Below, piece by piece: positions 30,177 to 40,516 of a DNA stretch of 64,000 nucleotides. Source of the DNA: an uncultured bacterium. Its GTDB lineage: Bacteria > Verrucomicrobiota > Verrucomicrobiia > Limisphaerales > UBA8199. The translations under genes and the position numbers were made by a program. Below the pieces are notes generated by a model. It was not told the origin of the DNA and did not search any database. It saw nothing but the letters and a program-made list of their open reading frames with translations. Position 1 is the first letter of the stretch; every line of letters starts with the position of its first letter. The stretch spans positions 576,001 through 640,000 of the forward strand of contig CAVVMW010000021.1 in NCBI GenBank assembly GCA_963749495.1, given 5' to 3'.

Positions 30177-33100
30177 TCACCGAATCAGGCGGACGTCCCC
30201 TTGGAAACCCACGACGACTTCCCTGGCCTTCGAGGGCAGGTCGGCCGTCACCGAGCGTCCGCCCGGCCAACGCACCCAAATCTGCGTGGGCTCGCTCGGC
30301 AGGCCCATCACTTGGACGACGCTATCCTGCGACCAGTAACCGGAGCCGCCGTGGATTTCCCGGGCCGGCCCGAACCGGGGGCCGAACTTGAGGCGCACCA
30401 CCGCCCCGATGCCCGCCGGGTTGCCATCAGGACCCCGCAACCGCACACGGAGGCCGGGTTTGGCCCGGACGTTGTGAAAGAGCCGGGTCTGGGCGCCATT
30501 CTGGCTTACCACCAGGTCAGTCCGCCCGTCCTCATCGAAATCACAGACCGCGGCGCCGGCTTGCTGGCCATAGACCTTCACGCCGCTTTCCTGCCCAGGC
30601 ACGGCTCGGAATCCGCCATGGCCGTCGCCTTGCAGCCACAAGTCCCGTCCGGCGGCATAGCGGGAGGTATCGCCTGCCACCGCGAAGAAATTCTGGCCCA
30701 GGAAAATGTCCTCATTGCCATCGCCATCGTAGTCCGCGACGCAAACCGCGAAACATGGGGCAAGTTGGGCCTCCAGGGGCAGCACACGGGCCTCGAAGTG
30801 ATCACCCCGGTTCAGGAAGACCGTGGTCTCCAGCCAGTCCGCTTCACAATAGCGGATGTCGGCGCTGCGCTCGGCTATGACGTCGTCGATGCCGGCCTCG
30901 GCCCAGGCCTGGTGGGTCGGGAACCGCTCGGCCAGGAAGGGCATGGCCTGGGTGACGCGCTCCAGCATCTGGCTCGGCACGTATCGGTTCATATCCGGCT
31001 CGAAATGACTCTCGATCAATTGGACGCCTCCGTCCTGGTTAAAATCGCCGTAATACACCCGCAAGGGCTTCTTCCGATAGCGTTCGTACTTGGTATTCCG
31101 CCCCCAATTGGCGGCTATGATGTCCAGGCGGCCGTCCCCATCCAGGTCGCCGGTGGTCAGCCCATTCCACCAGCCGGTGAACCGGTCCAAACCCAGTTCC
31201 CGGGTGACCTCGCGCAACTGCCCTCGCTCGTTGTGAAACACGCGCAGCGGCCCCCATTCGCAGGCCAGGATCAAATCCGGCCATCCGTCCCCGTCCAGGT
31301 CGCTCCACACGGCCCCGCTCACCAGCCCAACTTCCCGCAGCCGCGCCGTATTGGCCTCATCCAACACCAGTTTGCCCGCGCGTCCGTGGTAAAGGCGCGA
31401 GCTGGCCGGCGCCGGATACTGCCCGCCTTTGGCCCGCCCGCCGGCAAACAGGTCCAGTTCACCGTCTCCGTCATAATCAGCCACCGCCAGTGGCCCAACG
31501 CTCGAATCCCACGCGCCCACAACCTCGGTCGCCGGGTCCGAGCCGATTTGATAGGCGCTGACGGCTGCGCCGCTGGCTTGGCCATCCTCGTAATTCGCGC
31601 TGCCCACCAACACCGCGCCCTTTTGCCAACCCACAATCGAGGTTTGGTCCCGCGCCGCAACGCCCGTCCAGGGTGGCCCAACCAGCCGTTTGAACCCGCC
31701 CTTCCCGTCGTTCTGGTAGCAGGCCAACTGACCGCCCTTTCCGCTGCCAATGATTAAGTCTTCCCTGCCGTCCCCATCCACGTCCCACCAGCAAACCCCG
31801 GGCCCCAACTGGCTCAGTCGTTTGGGCAACGAGGGCTGGCGCTGGAAGTCATCGAAGGGCTCATCCTGGTGCGCATGGCCCAACCGCTGGCTCACATCCT
31901 CGAACACGGGGGGCGCGGCCTGTGGCGGCGCAGCGGCAGGAGGCTCGGTCGCGCCGGCTTCGGCGATTTCGTACAGGCAATTGGGCCGGGCCTCAGGAAC
32001 CACACTGCGTTTGCCGCTGCGCCAGGCGACTTCGATCCGCAACCGGTTAGTCAGGCTGCCGGCGGCAAAAACGCGCATCGTGTCGTCGCAGGAGAGATAG
32101 CGCCCGCCGCACATCATCTCCTTGCTCTGCGCCACCGGTCCGCCGGTCACCCGAATTCGCGCCCCGATTCCCCGCGTGTTGGGAGCCAGACCGCGCAGAC
32201 GGACCGCGATTCGTGGAGCCGGGGTGTTGTTTCGATACAATCCGGCCGCCTCATTGAGGTTGTTGACGATGAGATCCAAGTCTCCGTCATTATCGAGGTC
32301 AGCCAGACAGGCGCCTTGGGAAATTGTGGCGGCGTTGAAGCCCCAGAGTTGCCCAACTTCCTCGAAGCGCAGATCGCAGCGGTTACGGAAGGCCAGGGTG
32401 CGGGTTGCCAAGGGCGGATACATTTTGCGCATCGCAAGGGCCGCTGCCGTACCGAGTCCTGCTGGCGGCGGCCGCTTGCCGGATGCGGTTCTGGGCGTCC
32501 AGGTTCATGTTATCGCGCACGAACCCGTTGGGGATCAATACGTCCTCGTAGCCGTCGAGGTCCACGTCCAGAAAGATTGGCGCCCAGGACCACTCGGAGG
32601 CTTCCAGACCGGCGTATTGGGCGATCTCCGCGTAAGTGCCGTCGCCCCGGTTCAGAAACAGCGTGTTGCGCGGATACTGGATGGGCTCGGCGGTGGAATC
32701 CATCATCGAGTCCTCGGCATACATCGAGTTGCGCTGCGTCAGGCGCCGTCGATGGTCGCGGCTTAACATGTCCACCACCATGAAATCATCGTAGCCGTCG
32801 CGATTCAAATCGGCGACATCGATTCCCATCGAGGAGAAGCTCGTCTCCCGCTGGGTGAAGGGCGGGGCGAGCCGGAAGCGGCCGTGCCCATCGTTGAGCC
32901 AAAAGCGGTCGGGGGAGCGGAAGTCGTTGCAAACATAAAGGTCCGGGCAGCCATCTCCGTTGAAATCGTGAAACACGACGGACAACCCCCAGTCGAATGG
33001 GGGTTCTGTCAGCGGCTCGCCCTCCTGGTCCAGAAAGGCGCCGCCGGTCCACGAGACGGCCTGGAAATTGCCCTGCCCGTCGTTTCGGAGGAACACGTCG

Positions 33101-33930
33101 GGCTCTCCCAGTTCTTCCCGGCCCAAATGGCCTCGGCCTTGCTCGTCCAATCGCGTGGTGAAGCGAAAGCGATTGGTCCATTCGGGGTCGGTGGGCGGCC
33201 GGCCGTTGATCAGCGCGACCTGGGCCTGGTTGTTGACCATTTTCATGCTGAAGCGGGTGCCCGGGGCGTCCATGATTGTCGAGGCCCGGTAGTTGGCGAT
33301 GTAAAGGTCGAGCCGGCCGGCGCCGGTGGTATCCGCCAAGGCCAGCCCGGTGCCGCCCCGGCCCTCGTTGAGCACCTGCCGGCTGTGGGTGAAATGTCCC
33401 TTGCCGTCATTGATGAAAATGTGCGTGCCGCCGCCGATCGAATTGACCAGCAAATCCAGATGGCCCTCACCGCTGATGTCTGCGAACACCGCCCCCGTGG
33501 CATCGAGGTTGGAGCATGTGATTCCGGCGCGTTCGGTAATGTCTTCGAATTTCCAGTTGCCCAGGTTGCGATACAAACGGCTGCCTCCGGCCAATCCGCA
33601 AAAGAAGAGGTCACACCATCCGTCTTCGTCCACGTCTCCGGCGGCGACGCCCGAGCCGTTGGGCAGGATGGTGTTCGTGAGAGACCGCGACTCGGGAAGC
33701 GAATTGGTGAACCAGATGCCGGTTTCTTGCGGCATGAGAAGGGTAAACCCCGCCCGGCCACCGGGAGGGACGGCCACCGGTGCGAACCGGTAGCCAGGCC
33801 CCTCCTGCCATGTCTGAGCACCGGCGACGATAGCGAGCAGCAGGCCCGTGGTCCAAAGCAAAAGCCGGCAGACCGCGTGTCGATTAGACTTCAATTGAAG
33901 GCTGAGAATAGCCGCCTCCCAGCGGGGCAT
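30177..33930 (-). CDS. CRTAC1-like FG-GAP/VCBS + ASPIC/UnbV protein (apparent +1 frameshift at ~32457)
   Basis: ORFs 32383..34170 and 30177..32432 are the two halves of the paralogous architecture; signal peptide ...LLLAIVAGAQ; start placed after the REP-derived extension. Confidence 0.85.
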
Positions 33931-34087
33931 CAAGCCTGATTGGCCGCCCGAGAGGACCGGGGGCGTGAGACACAATAGCAACGTTTGCCAGCGTAATGCC
34001 GAACGTGCACTCCTCCGGGGGCCTGGCTGGTTGGTGCTTGATCGCCCGCGCCGGGGATATAGTCTCCAGGAGGCCGACAGGCCTTGT

Positions 34088-34466
34088 TCCCGGCCCAACG
34101 GGCCGGCAGAGCCTAGCCCAGGGCTGAGGCCGCCAGGCCGATGCCCTGGGTACAGGGTCCTCGAAATCAACCGCGCCCTGAAAGGGCGCTAGAAGCCTAA
34201 GCCTCTGCCACAATCGCTCGCCAAAATCTATACGCACCTGATCTTCTCCACCAAACACCGGGAACGTTGGCTCACGGATGATTTCCGGGCGGACCTGCAC
34301 GCCTACCTGGGCGGGACGCTCCACGGGTTGGCTTGCATTCCGATCGTCCGCGATTGACGCCTCTGGCGCCCCTTCAGGGCGCGCGTGCCGTCTCGGGGGC
34401 GGAACCCAGGGCATCGGCCTGGCGGCCTCAGCCCTGGGCTAGGCTCTGGCGGCCCGATGGGCCGCG
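34088..34466. mobile_element. inverted REP-like pair (CTAGCCCAGGGCTGAGGCCG..CGATGCCCTGGG) enclosing a truncated tnpA
   Basis: Left arm ~34088..34192 and right arm ~34365..34466 are reverse complements. Confidence 0.7.
34205..34357 (+). pseudogene. tnpA: IS200/IS605-like (Y1, RAYT-type) transposase N-terminal fragment
   Basis: Hand translation: (L)PQSLAKIYTHLIFSTKHRERWLTDDFRADLHAYLGGTLHGLACIPIVRD*. The start codon has decayed to CTG and the frame stops before the HUH motif. Confidence 0.8.
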
Positions 34467-34505
34467 GCAGGGCGGGCGCCGGTCTTGGCGGCCCAGTGAT
34501 CAATC

Positions 34506-35432
34506 TCATTTGCCCCCAAGGAGATCCAGGAGCATCTGCGTCAGGGTTGGTTCGGCCCATTTCAGCATAGCCCACAAAAGACTGACAAAGACCACACAAC
34601 CAATCGGTACGCCTATGCACGACGTCACAACAAGGGACGGCCACGGTCCCAGCCCGACTTTGGACCGGCGATGCACCCGGCGCAACCCATGCACAATTAA
34701 CGTGGCGATGCCGAGGTTAAGCATCACGCTTAGTATCGTCCACAGAAGCGAGGCGGACGAAGCGCTCTGCAGCGTTGAACCGAGGAACAAGAGCGTGATG
34801 CCGCTGACCGATGCTACGCTGCCGAAGAAATGGACCCATGCCAGCCACGTGGATGTCCTCCCATGAACTGCAGGCGCAGGCGGCAGGAGCGGGCCATGGA
34901 CTGCCTCCACCACCCAGAAATCGTTGTCGTCTCGGCTCCGAAAGCCGGTGACCTCCTGTTGCCCAGAGGTGAATTGCGGGCTCGATGTCGGGTGCGAATG
35001 CAGCGCTGCCCCCGTGGGGCAGTGGACTAACCTCAGCTTCGATTTCGCCCCCGCCGGTCTATTTCCTTCCACCTCCACCACCCAATCATCATTGGCATCC
35101 CCCTTCCCATCTTTACCATAACACGTGACCTCCAACTGCTCCTTGCTCACAGGGGCGGGGTGCCCGTGGCAGTGGAGGTTTCTGCGCGAACCCGAATTCT
35201 CCAGCCTAATGACCGATCGATCCGCGACCGGCTCGCCGTAGAGGTGGCCCTCCGGGTAACCGTTGGCGGCTTTGACCAGCCAGTAGCATTTGGCATTGGG
35301 GGCATCTATGCATGTCACTTGGTCCTGGTCGGAGCCTCCCGGGTGACAGTGAGGAATAGCCGGGGAGCTGAGAAAGAGACCCGTCGCTGCATGCTTGAGA
35401 ACAATCTCAGAGCCATAACTTACCGTGTGCAT
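34506..35432 (-). CDS. MIR-domain (SDF2/PMT-like beta-trefoil) protein with three C-terminal TM helices
   Basis: Three MIR motifs: YGSEIVLKHAATGLFLSS..QVTC..YWLV; VIRLENSGSRRNLHCH..EVTCYG.DGKGDANDDWVV; LRLVHCPTGAALHSH..GQQEVTG..DDNDFWVV. No signal peptide. Confidence 0.8.
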   Translation of the reverse strand: MHTVSYGSEIVLKHAATGLFLSSPAIPHCHPGGSDQDQVTCIDAPNAKCYWLVKAANGYPEGHLYGEPVADRSVIRLENSGSRRNLHCHGHPAPVSKEQLEVTCYGKDGKGDANDDWVVEVEGNRPAGAKSKLRLVHCPTGAALHSHPTSSPQFTSGQQEVTGFRSRDDNDFWVVEAVHGPLLPPAPAVHGRTSTWLAWVHFFGSVASVSGITLLFLGSTLQSASSASLLWTILSVMLNLGIATLIVHGLRRVHRRSKVGLGPWPSLVVTSCIGVPIGCVVFVSLLWAMLKWAEPTLTQMLLDLLGGK

Positions 35433-35617
35433 AAAGACGCTTCTTGCTAACAGCCACTGGCTTGAAGATCTGTTCCGATGCTGCCAGATGGCCGGAAGGA
35501 GTCAAGCAGCAGATTCTGCCCGTTTCTCGCCGCTTACGGCGCGGCACGGGGGTGCCCGGCGTGTGGTCGCGACCGGAGACCGGTTCACCAGGTGAAAGAA
35601 CCGGCGTGCGCCTCCTC

Positions 35618-35912
35618 GCGGCCTGACGGGTCGGCAGAGCCTAGCCCAGGGCTGAGGCCGTCAGGCCGATGCCCTGGGAACATGGTCCCGGAAGATCTGG
35701 CGCGCCCTGAAGGGGCGCCACAGTCTTGCGCCCTTTCAGGGCGCGATTGATTTGGCTGGCCCTGTACCCAGGGCATCGGCCTGCCGGCCTCAGCCCTGGG
35801 CTAGGCTCTGGCGGCCCGATGGGCCGCGGCAGGCCGCAAACCGGCTTTGGCTTCCCAGGGTTGCGCGTTCTGCGCAACCCTGGGCTGAATGATTTCCATC
35901 CCTTCGGGATGC
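35618..35912. repeat. REPIN-like inverted pair of the CTAGCCCAGGG family plus a related half element
   Basis: GAGCCTAGCCCAGGGCTGAGGCCG..GATGCCCTGGG ... CCCAGGGCATCGGCC..CTCAGCCCTGGGCTAGGCTC, then CCCAGGGTTGCGC..GCGCAACCCTGGG. Confidence 0.75.
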
Positions 35913-35988
35913 TTCCGGCCGGGAGCGGCGTTTTGCACACCACTCCGGGCAGGTGGGCGTAAGGCGCGCACGGCGCGCGTTACTCCGG

Positions 35989-38900
35989 CTAATCTCTGAG
36001 CCGATAGAACTGGCGGGTGTTGGTGGCTTGCACCGTATAAGGGGCTGTTGCGCCAGGGACGTCTGTGTAAGGGCCGGTGACAATTGTGGCGGTTTGCAGC
36101 GTGCCCACGGTCCAGTTCAGTTTCAGTTGGCCGTGGCCGAGGTTGGCGATCGTAAGAGTCGGCGGCACCGTTGAGACGGCGAGCGCGATGGAGGCGTTCG
36201 TGGAACCATAGGCATTGGTCACGGTCAACTGCAGGGTATCGCCGTTCCAGCCGGCGGGAGGATTGGCCACCTTGAGGGTGGCATCCAGGAGCGCTCCGTT
36301 GGTCACTCCGCCGGCTACGTTGGTGCCGTGGCCCACATCGTTCCACGTGTAGCCCATCGGCCCGGTGCCGACCGCCGTGGCCGCGATCATCAGGGGCGCG
36401 CCTGCCCCAGCCGACGCGGTGGCAGGAGGCCGCGGCGCGAAGTACGGCGCGACGTTGACGACCTGAGCATAGGTTGATCCCACCTGGGCTGCCGTCAGGG
36501 CGTAGTTGTAAAGCGCCACGTCGCTAATGTTCCCAATGAATTGGTGGGTGCCGTTAAGCGGCGTGGTGTCGGGTCGGGAGCCGATCATGAGCGGCGCGGT
36601 GGCAGCCATCAAACCGGCGCCCACGGGCACCGTGGCGGTGCCGGCCACCTGGCCGTCGGCGTAAAGCGATACCAGGCCGTTGCTCTCGTCGCAGACTCCC
36701 ACCAGGTAATGCCAGTCGGCGCTCGAGGCCAACGTCAGAGAGTTGTTCGCGGTGTGATAGGCGCCGCCAGAGGTTTTACCGGAGGCGTCTGAAATGAAGA
36801 ACCGAACGGCGTTGTTGGCGCCGCCTTCGTCGAGGCCGAATTGTTCCAGATACCCCCAAAGGCCTATGGCCACAATCCCGGCGCCAAAATTCTGCGCCAA
36901 GGCGTTTCCGTTGGCCCAAGCCGCAACGGAAAACTGGGCGTTGCTGCCCGAGGGCGTTTCAAAATCAATGTTGTTTCCAAACTGGCCGGCAAAGCAGTCG
37001 GAAACGGCGATCGTGCCGAAGCTGGCCGAGGTCTCGGTCGGGTCCGTGCTGCTGTAGCCCGCGCTACCCAGGGAGACATTCGTGTAGAGCCCATTGTTGC
37101 CGCTGGCATAGTCATTGCACACGGCGTTGGGATTGCCGTCGAAGAGCCCGTCGTCAGGCTCATTCAAGCGCCAATAGGCCATGGGATGCAGGGCCAGCAC
37201 CGCCTGCGGGAAGGGCGCCGTGGGCGCCGCCACGTAGTCCACCGACCAGACCCTGCTGGTCAGCGAGCCGGCGCTGTTGGTCACGAGGCACTCAAAGGAG
37301 GCCGGACCGCCCATCTGGGCGTTGAAGAAGGTGAAGCTGGCATTGGTGGCGCCAGCCACCGGCGCGCCATTGGTGTTCCACTGATAATACAGCGGCGGAT
37401 TCCCTATTACCGAAACCGAGAACGTGGGGCTTGAGCCAACTGTGCCCCCGGCGCCGCCGTACAACGTGACCACATTGGTCTGGGTTATCGGGAACTGCCC
37501 GATGAGTGTCGGAACGCCGTTGGTGATGTAAACCAGTGCGGAGAGGTTCGTGGAACCATAAGAATTGGTCACGGTCAATTGCAGGGTGTCGCCGTTCCAG
37601 CCGGCGGGGACGCTGCCCACCGTGAGGCTCGCGTCGAGGAAGGCGCCGTTGGTGACTCCGCCGGCCACGTTGGTGCCGTGGCCCAGGTCACGCCACAAGT
37701 AGCCGATCGGCCCAGTCCCGGCCGCTTGGGCGGGGATCGTCAGTGGCAGACCCTGCCCGACGAGCACGGTGGCAGGAGGCGCCTCCGCGAAGAATGGCCC
37801 GGTGCTGACGACTTGCGCGTAGGTTGCTCCCACCTGGGCGGCCGACAGGGGGTAGTTGTAAACCGCCACGTCGTTGATAAGCCCGACGAACTGGTGGATG
37901 CCGTGGAACGGCGTGCCATCGGGCCGGGAGCCGATCATCATCGGCGCGGTGGCGCGCAGCAAGCCGGACCCCGGAGCCACGCTGCCGCTGGCGGCCAACC
38001 GGCCGTTGATGTAAAGCGACACGTTGCCGCCCGCCTCGTCGCACACCCCCACCAGGTAATGCCAATCCGAGGTCGAGGCCAATACGAGCGAACTGTTGGC
38101 GGTATGATAGCTGTTAGCCGACTTGCCATAAGCGTCTGAAATGCCGAACCGAACAGCGCTGTTGCCGGCGCCCAGGTCGAGGAATATCTGTTCGAGATAC
38201 CCCCAAATGCCGATGCACATAAGCCCGGCGCCATACTGTTGCGCGTTGCCGTTGGCGTTGACCCAACACGCCATGGAAGCTTCGGCGTTGCCGCCCACGG
38301 GCATGCCAAAATCAATGTTGCTCCCAAAATGGCCGGCATAACTCAGGGAAGTGGCGAACGTGCCGAAGCCGGCCGAGGTCTCGGCCGGGTCCGTGCTGCT
38401 GTAACCCGGGTTGCCCAGAGAGACATTGGTGTAGAGCCCATTGTTGCCGCTGGCGTAGTCAGTGCAAAGGACCTTGGGATTGCCGTCGGACAGCCCATCG
38501 TCAGGCTCATTCAACCGCCAATAGGCCATGGGATGGAGCGAGAGCACCGCCTGGGGGAAAAGCGCCTTGGGAGCGGCCACATAGGCCACGTTAAAGACCG
38601 CGCTGGTCGCCGAGCCGGCGGTGTTGGTCACGAGACAATCAAAAGCTGTCGGACCGCCCATCTGGGCATTGTAGAAGGTGAAGCTGGGCTGGTTTGCGCC
38701 CGGCACTGCCACGCCGTTGGTCCTCCACTGGTAAACCAGCGGCGAGATGCCTGTGGCCGAAATCGTGAAGGTGGGGCTTGAGCCGACGGTGCCCCCGGAG
38801 CCGCCGTAGAGCGTAATCACGTTGGTCTGGGATATTGGAAGGCGCACCGCGGTGAACGAGGGAGCGCCGTTGGTGATGTTGATCACGACAGAGATGCTCG

Positions 38901-40461
38901 TGGAACCGAGGGCATTGGTTACGGTCAATTCAAAGGTGTCGCTGTTCCAGCCCAGGGGAACATTGGCAACATCGAGGCTCGCATCGAGCAACGTTCCGTT
39001 GGCGGCCCCCCTGGCCACGTTGGTGCCGTGGCCCATATCGCGCCACGTGTAGCCCATTGGCCCGGTTCCCGCCACGGGGGCCGGGACCGTCAGCGGGAAG
39101 CCTGCCCCGGCAGGCACATTGGCCGGAGGCCGCGGGGCAAAGAAGGGCGCGACCTGGACGGCCGCAGCATACGTGGACCCCACCTGGGCGGCAGTCAAGG
39201 GGTAGTCGTAAATCGCCACGTCGTTCATCAGCCCGGCAAACTGGTGGATGCCGTTAAGCGGCCCGGTGTCGGGCCGGGAGCCGATCATGAGCGGCGCGGT
39301 GGCAGCCAGCAAGCCGCCGCCCACAGGCGCGACGCCGCTCGAGGCCAACTGCCCGTTGACGTAAAGCGATATGATGCCCTGGGCCTCGTTGCACACCCCG
39401 ACCAGGTAATGCCAATCACTGTCCGAGGATAGAATCAGGGAACTCTCGGCGGTATGATAGCTGTTGCCACCCAGGCCGTAACCGTCTGAGATCACGAACC
39501 GAATGGCGTTGCCGCCGCCGCCTTCGTCGAGGAGGAACTGTTCCATGTACCCCCAAAGGCCAACAGCCACAAGCCCGCCGCCATACTGTTGCGGCAGGCT
39601 GTTCCCGTTGGCCCAAGCCGCAACGGAGAACTCGGCGTTGCCACCCAGGGGCGTGGCAAAATCAATGTTGCTGCCAAACTGGCCGGCAAAACTGAGGGAG
39701 GTGGCGAACGTGCCGAAACTAGCCGAGGTCGCGCTCGGGTCCGTGCTGCTGTAACCCGGGTTGCCCAGGGAGACGTTGGTGTAGAGCCCATTGTTGCCGC
39801 TGGCGTAATCCGTGCAAATGGCGTTGGGATTGCCGTCGGAAAGCCCGTCGTCAGGCTCGCTCAAGCGCCAATAGGCCAGGGGGTGCAGCGCCAGAACGGC
39901 CTGGGGGAAAGGCGCGGTGGGAGCGGCCACGTAGGCCACCGACCAGACCATGCTGCTCACCGAGCCTGCGCTGTTGGCAACGACACAATCAAAGGAGGCC
40001 GGACCGCCCATCAGGGCGTTGAAAAAGGTGAGGCTGGCATTGGTTGCACCGGTGACCGCCACGCCGTTGGTTCTCCACTGATAGGACAGTGGCGCAGTGC
40101 CCTCGGCCGAGACCGAGAACGTGGGGCTTGAGCCGATCGTGCCCCCGGAGCCGCCATACAACGTCATCGGGTTCGTATAGGCCGTCGGGTACTGCGCGGT
40201 CAGGGTGGGAGGGCTGGGCTGTCCGTAGGCCGGGCCGAGCGGCAAGGCCAACGTGAGGAGCAGCGCGCATGACGAAGCACATAGCTTAGAGCCAGTCCCA
40301 AAAGCTCTGATTGTGGACCTTTGTCGCAGCCTTTGTCGGCACCTTTGTCGAGAAAACGCCAATCCGACAAAGGTTCCGACAAAGGTTCCGACAAAGGTCT
40401 CAGAATTCGCAGCTTTTGGGACAGGCTCTGGCTTGAGGTTACTGAGAGGTTTGGTTTTCAT
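35989..40461 (-). CDS. large secreted protein with three Ig-LamG(ConA-like)-Ig repeats and C-terminal FYR domain
   Basis: Three ~450-aa units (LALHP.AYWRL.EPDDG...DWHYLVGVC.E..G..SLY.NG...MIGSRPD...DVA.Y.Y.L); tail LKLNWTVGTLQTA..VTGPYTDVPGATAPYTV...QFYRLRD; ATG at 40461. Confidence 0.9.
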   Translation of the reverse strand: MKTKPLSNLKPEPVPKAANSETFVGTFVGTFVGLAFSRQRCRQRLRQRSTIRAFGTGSKLCASSCALLLTLALPLGPAYGQPSPPTLTAQYPTAYTNPMTLYGGSGGTIGSSPTFSVSAEGTAPLSYQWRTNGVAVTGATNASLTFFNALMGGPASFDCVVANSAGSVSSMVWSVAYVAAPTAPFPQAVLALHPLAYWRLSEPDDGLSDGNPNAICTDYASGNNGLYTNVSLGNPGYSSTDPSATSASFGTFATSLSFAGQFGSNIDFATPLGGNAEFSVAAWANGNSLPQQYGGGLVAVGLWGYMEQFLLDEGGGGNAIRFVISDGYGLGGNSYHTAESSLILSSDSDWHYLVGVCNEAQGIISLYVNGQLASSGVAPVGGGLLAATAPLMIGSRPDTGPLNGIHQFAGLMNDVAIYDYPLTAAQVGSTYAAAVQVAPFFAPRPPANVPAGAGFPLTVPAPVAGTGPMGYTWRDMGHGTNVARGAANGTLLDASLDVANVPLGWNSDTFELTVTNALGSTSISVVINITNGAPSFTAVRLPISQTNVITLYGGSGGTVGSSPTFTISATGISPLVYQWRTNGVAVPGANQPSFTFYNAQMGGPTAFDCLVTNTAGSATSAVFNVAYVAAPKALFPQAVLSLHPMAYWRLNEPDDGLSDGNPKVLCTDYASGNNGLYTNVSLGNPGYSSTDPAETSAGFGTFATSLSYAGHFGSNIDFGMPVGGNAEASMACWVNANGNAQQYGAGLMCIGIWGYLEQIFLDLGAGNSAVRFGISDAYGKSANSYHTANSSLVLASTSDWHYLVGVCDEAGGNVSLYINGRLAASGSVAPGSGLLRATAPMMIGSRPDGTPFHGIHQFVGLINDVAVYNYPLSAAQVGATYAQVVSTGPFFAEAPPATVLVGQGLPLTIPAQAAGTGPIGYLWRDLGHGTNVAGGVTNGAFLDASLTVGSVPAGWNGDTLQLTVTNSYGSTNLSALVYITNGVPTLIGQFPITQTNVVTLYGGAGGTVGSSPTFSVSVIGNPPLYYQWNTNGAPVAGATNASFTFFNAQMGGPASFECLVTNSAGSLTSRVWSVDYVAAPTAPFPQAVLALHPMAYWRLNEPDDGLFDGNPNAVCNDYASGNNGLYTNVSLGSAGYSSTDPTETSASFGTIAVSDCFAGQFGNNIDFETPSGSNAQFSVAAWANGNALAQNFGAGIVAIGLWGYLEQFGLDEGGANNAVRFFISDASGKTSGGAYHTANNSLTLASSADWHYLVGVCDESNGLVSLYADGQVAGTATVPVGAGLMAATAPLMIGSRPDTTPLNGTHQFIGNISDVALYNYALTAAQVGSTYAQVVNVAPYFAPRPPATASAGAGAPLMIAATAVGTGPMGYTWNDVGHGTNVAGGVTNGALLDATLKVANPPAGWNGDTLQLTVTNAYGSTNASIALAVSTVPPTLTIANLGHGQLKLNWTVGTLQTATIVTGPYTDVPGATAPYTVQATNTRQFYRLRD
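40288..40429. mobile_element. 142-bp MITE-like insertion in frame within the signal-peptide coding region
   Basis: TIR AGAGCCAGTCCCAAAAGCT / AGCTTTTGGGACAGGCTCT, internal 12-bp repeats (CCGACAAAGGTT)x3 with inverted copies, and a flanking AAGC(C/T) direct repeat on the coding strand. Confidence 0.75.
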
Positions 40462-40516
40462 GGGTTGGTTGGTTCGGTTGTTGGTTCTGCAGAGGGACGG
40501 CGTCAGGGCTGCAAGC

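Noticed and set aside
33931..34170. N-terminal extensions of the ORFs starting at 34170, 40719, 47708 and 54751
   Set aside because: They translate REP elements, an overlapping gene or intergenic DNA; downstream starts give normal signal or anchor sequences.
35440..35455. GTTAGCA upstream of the MIR gene as an integron cassette boundary
   Set aside because: There is no matching inverse core site or attC hairpin after the stop codon.
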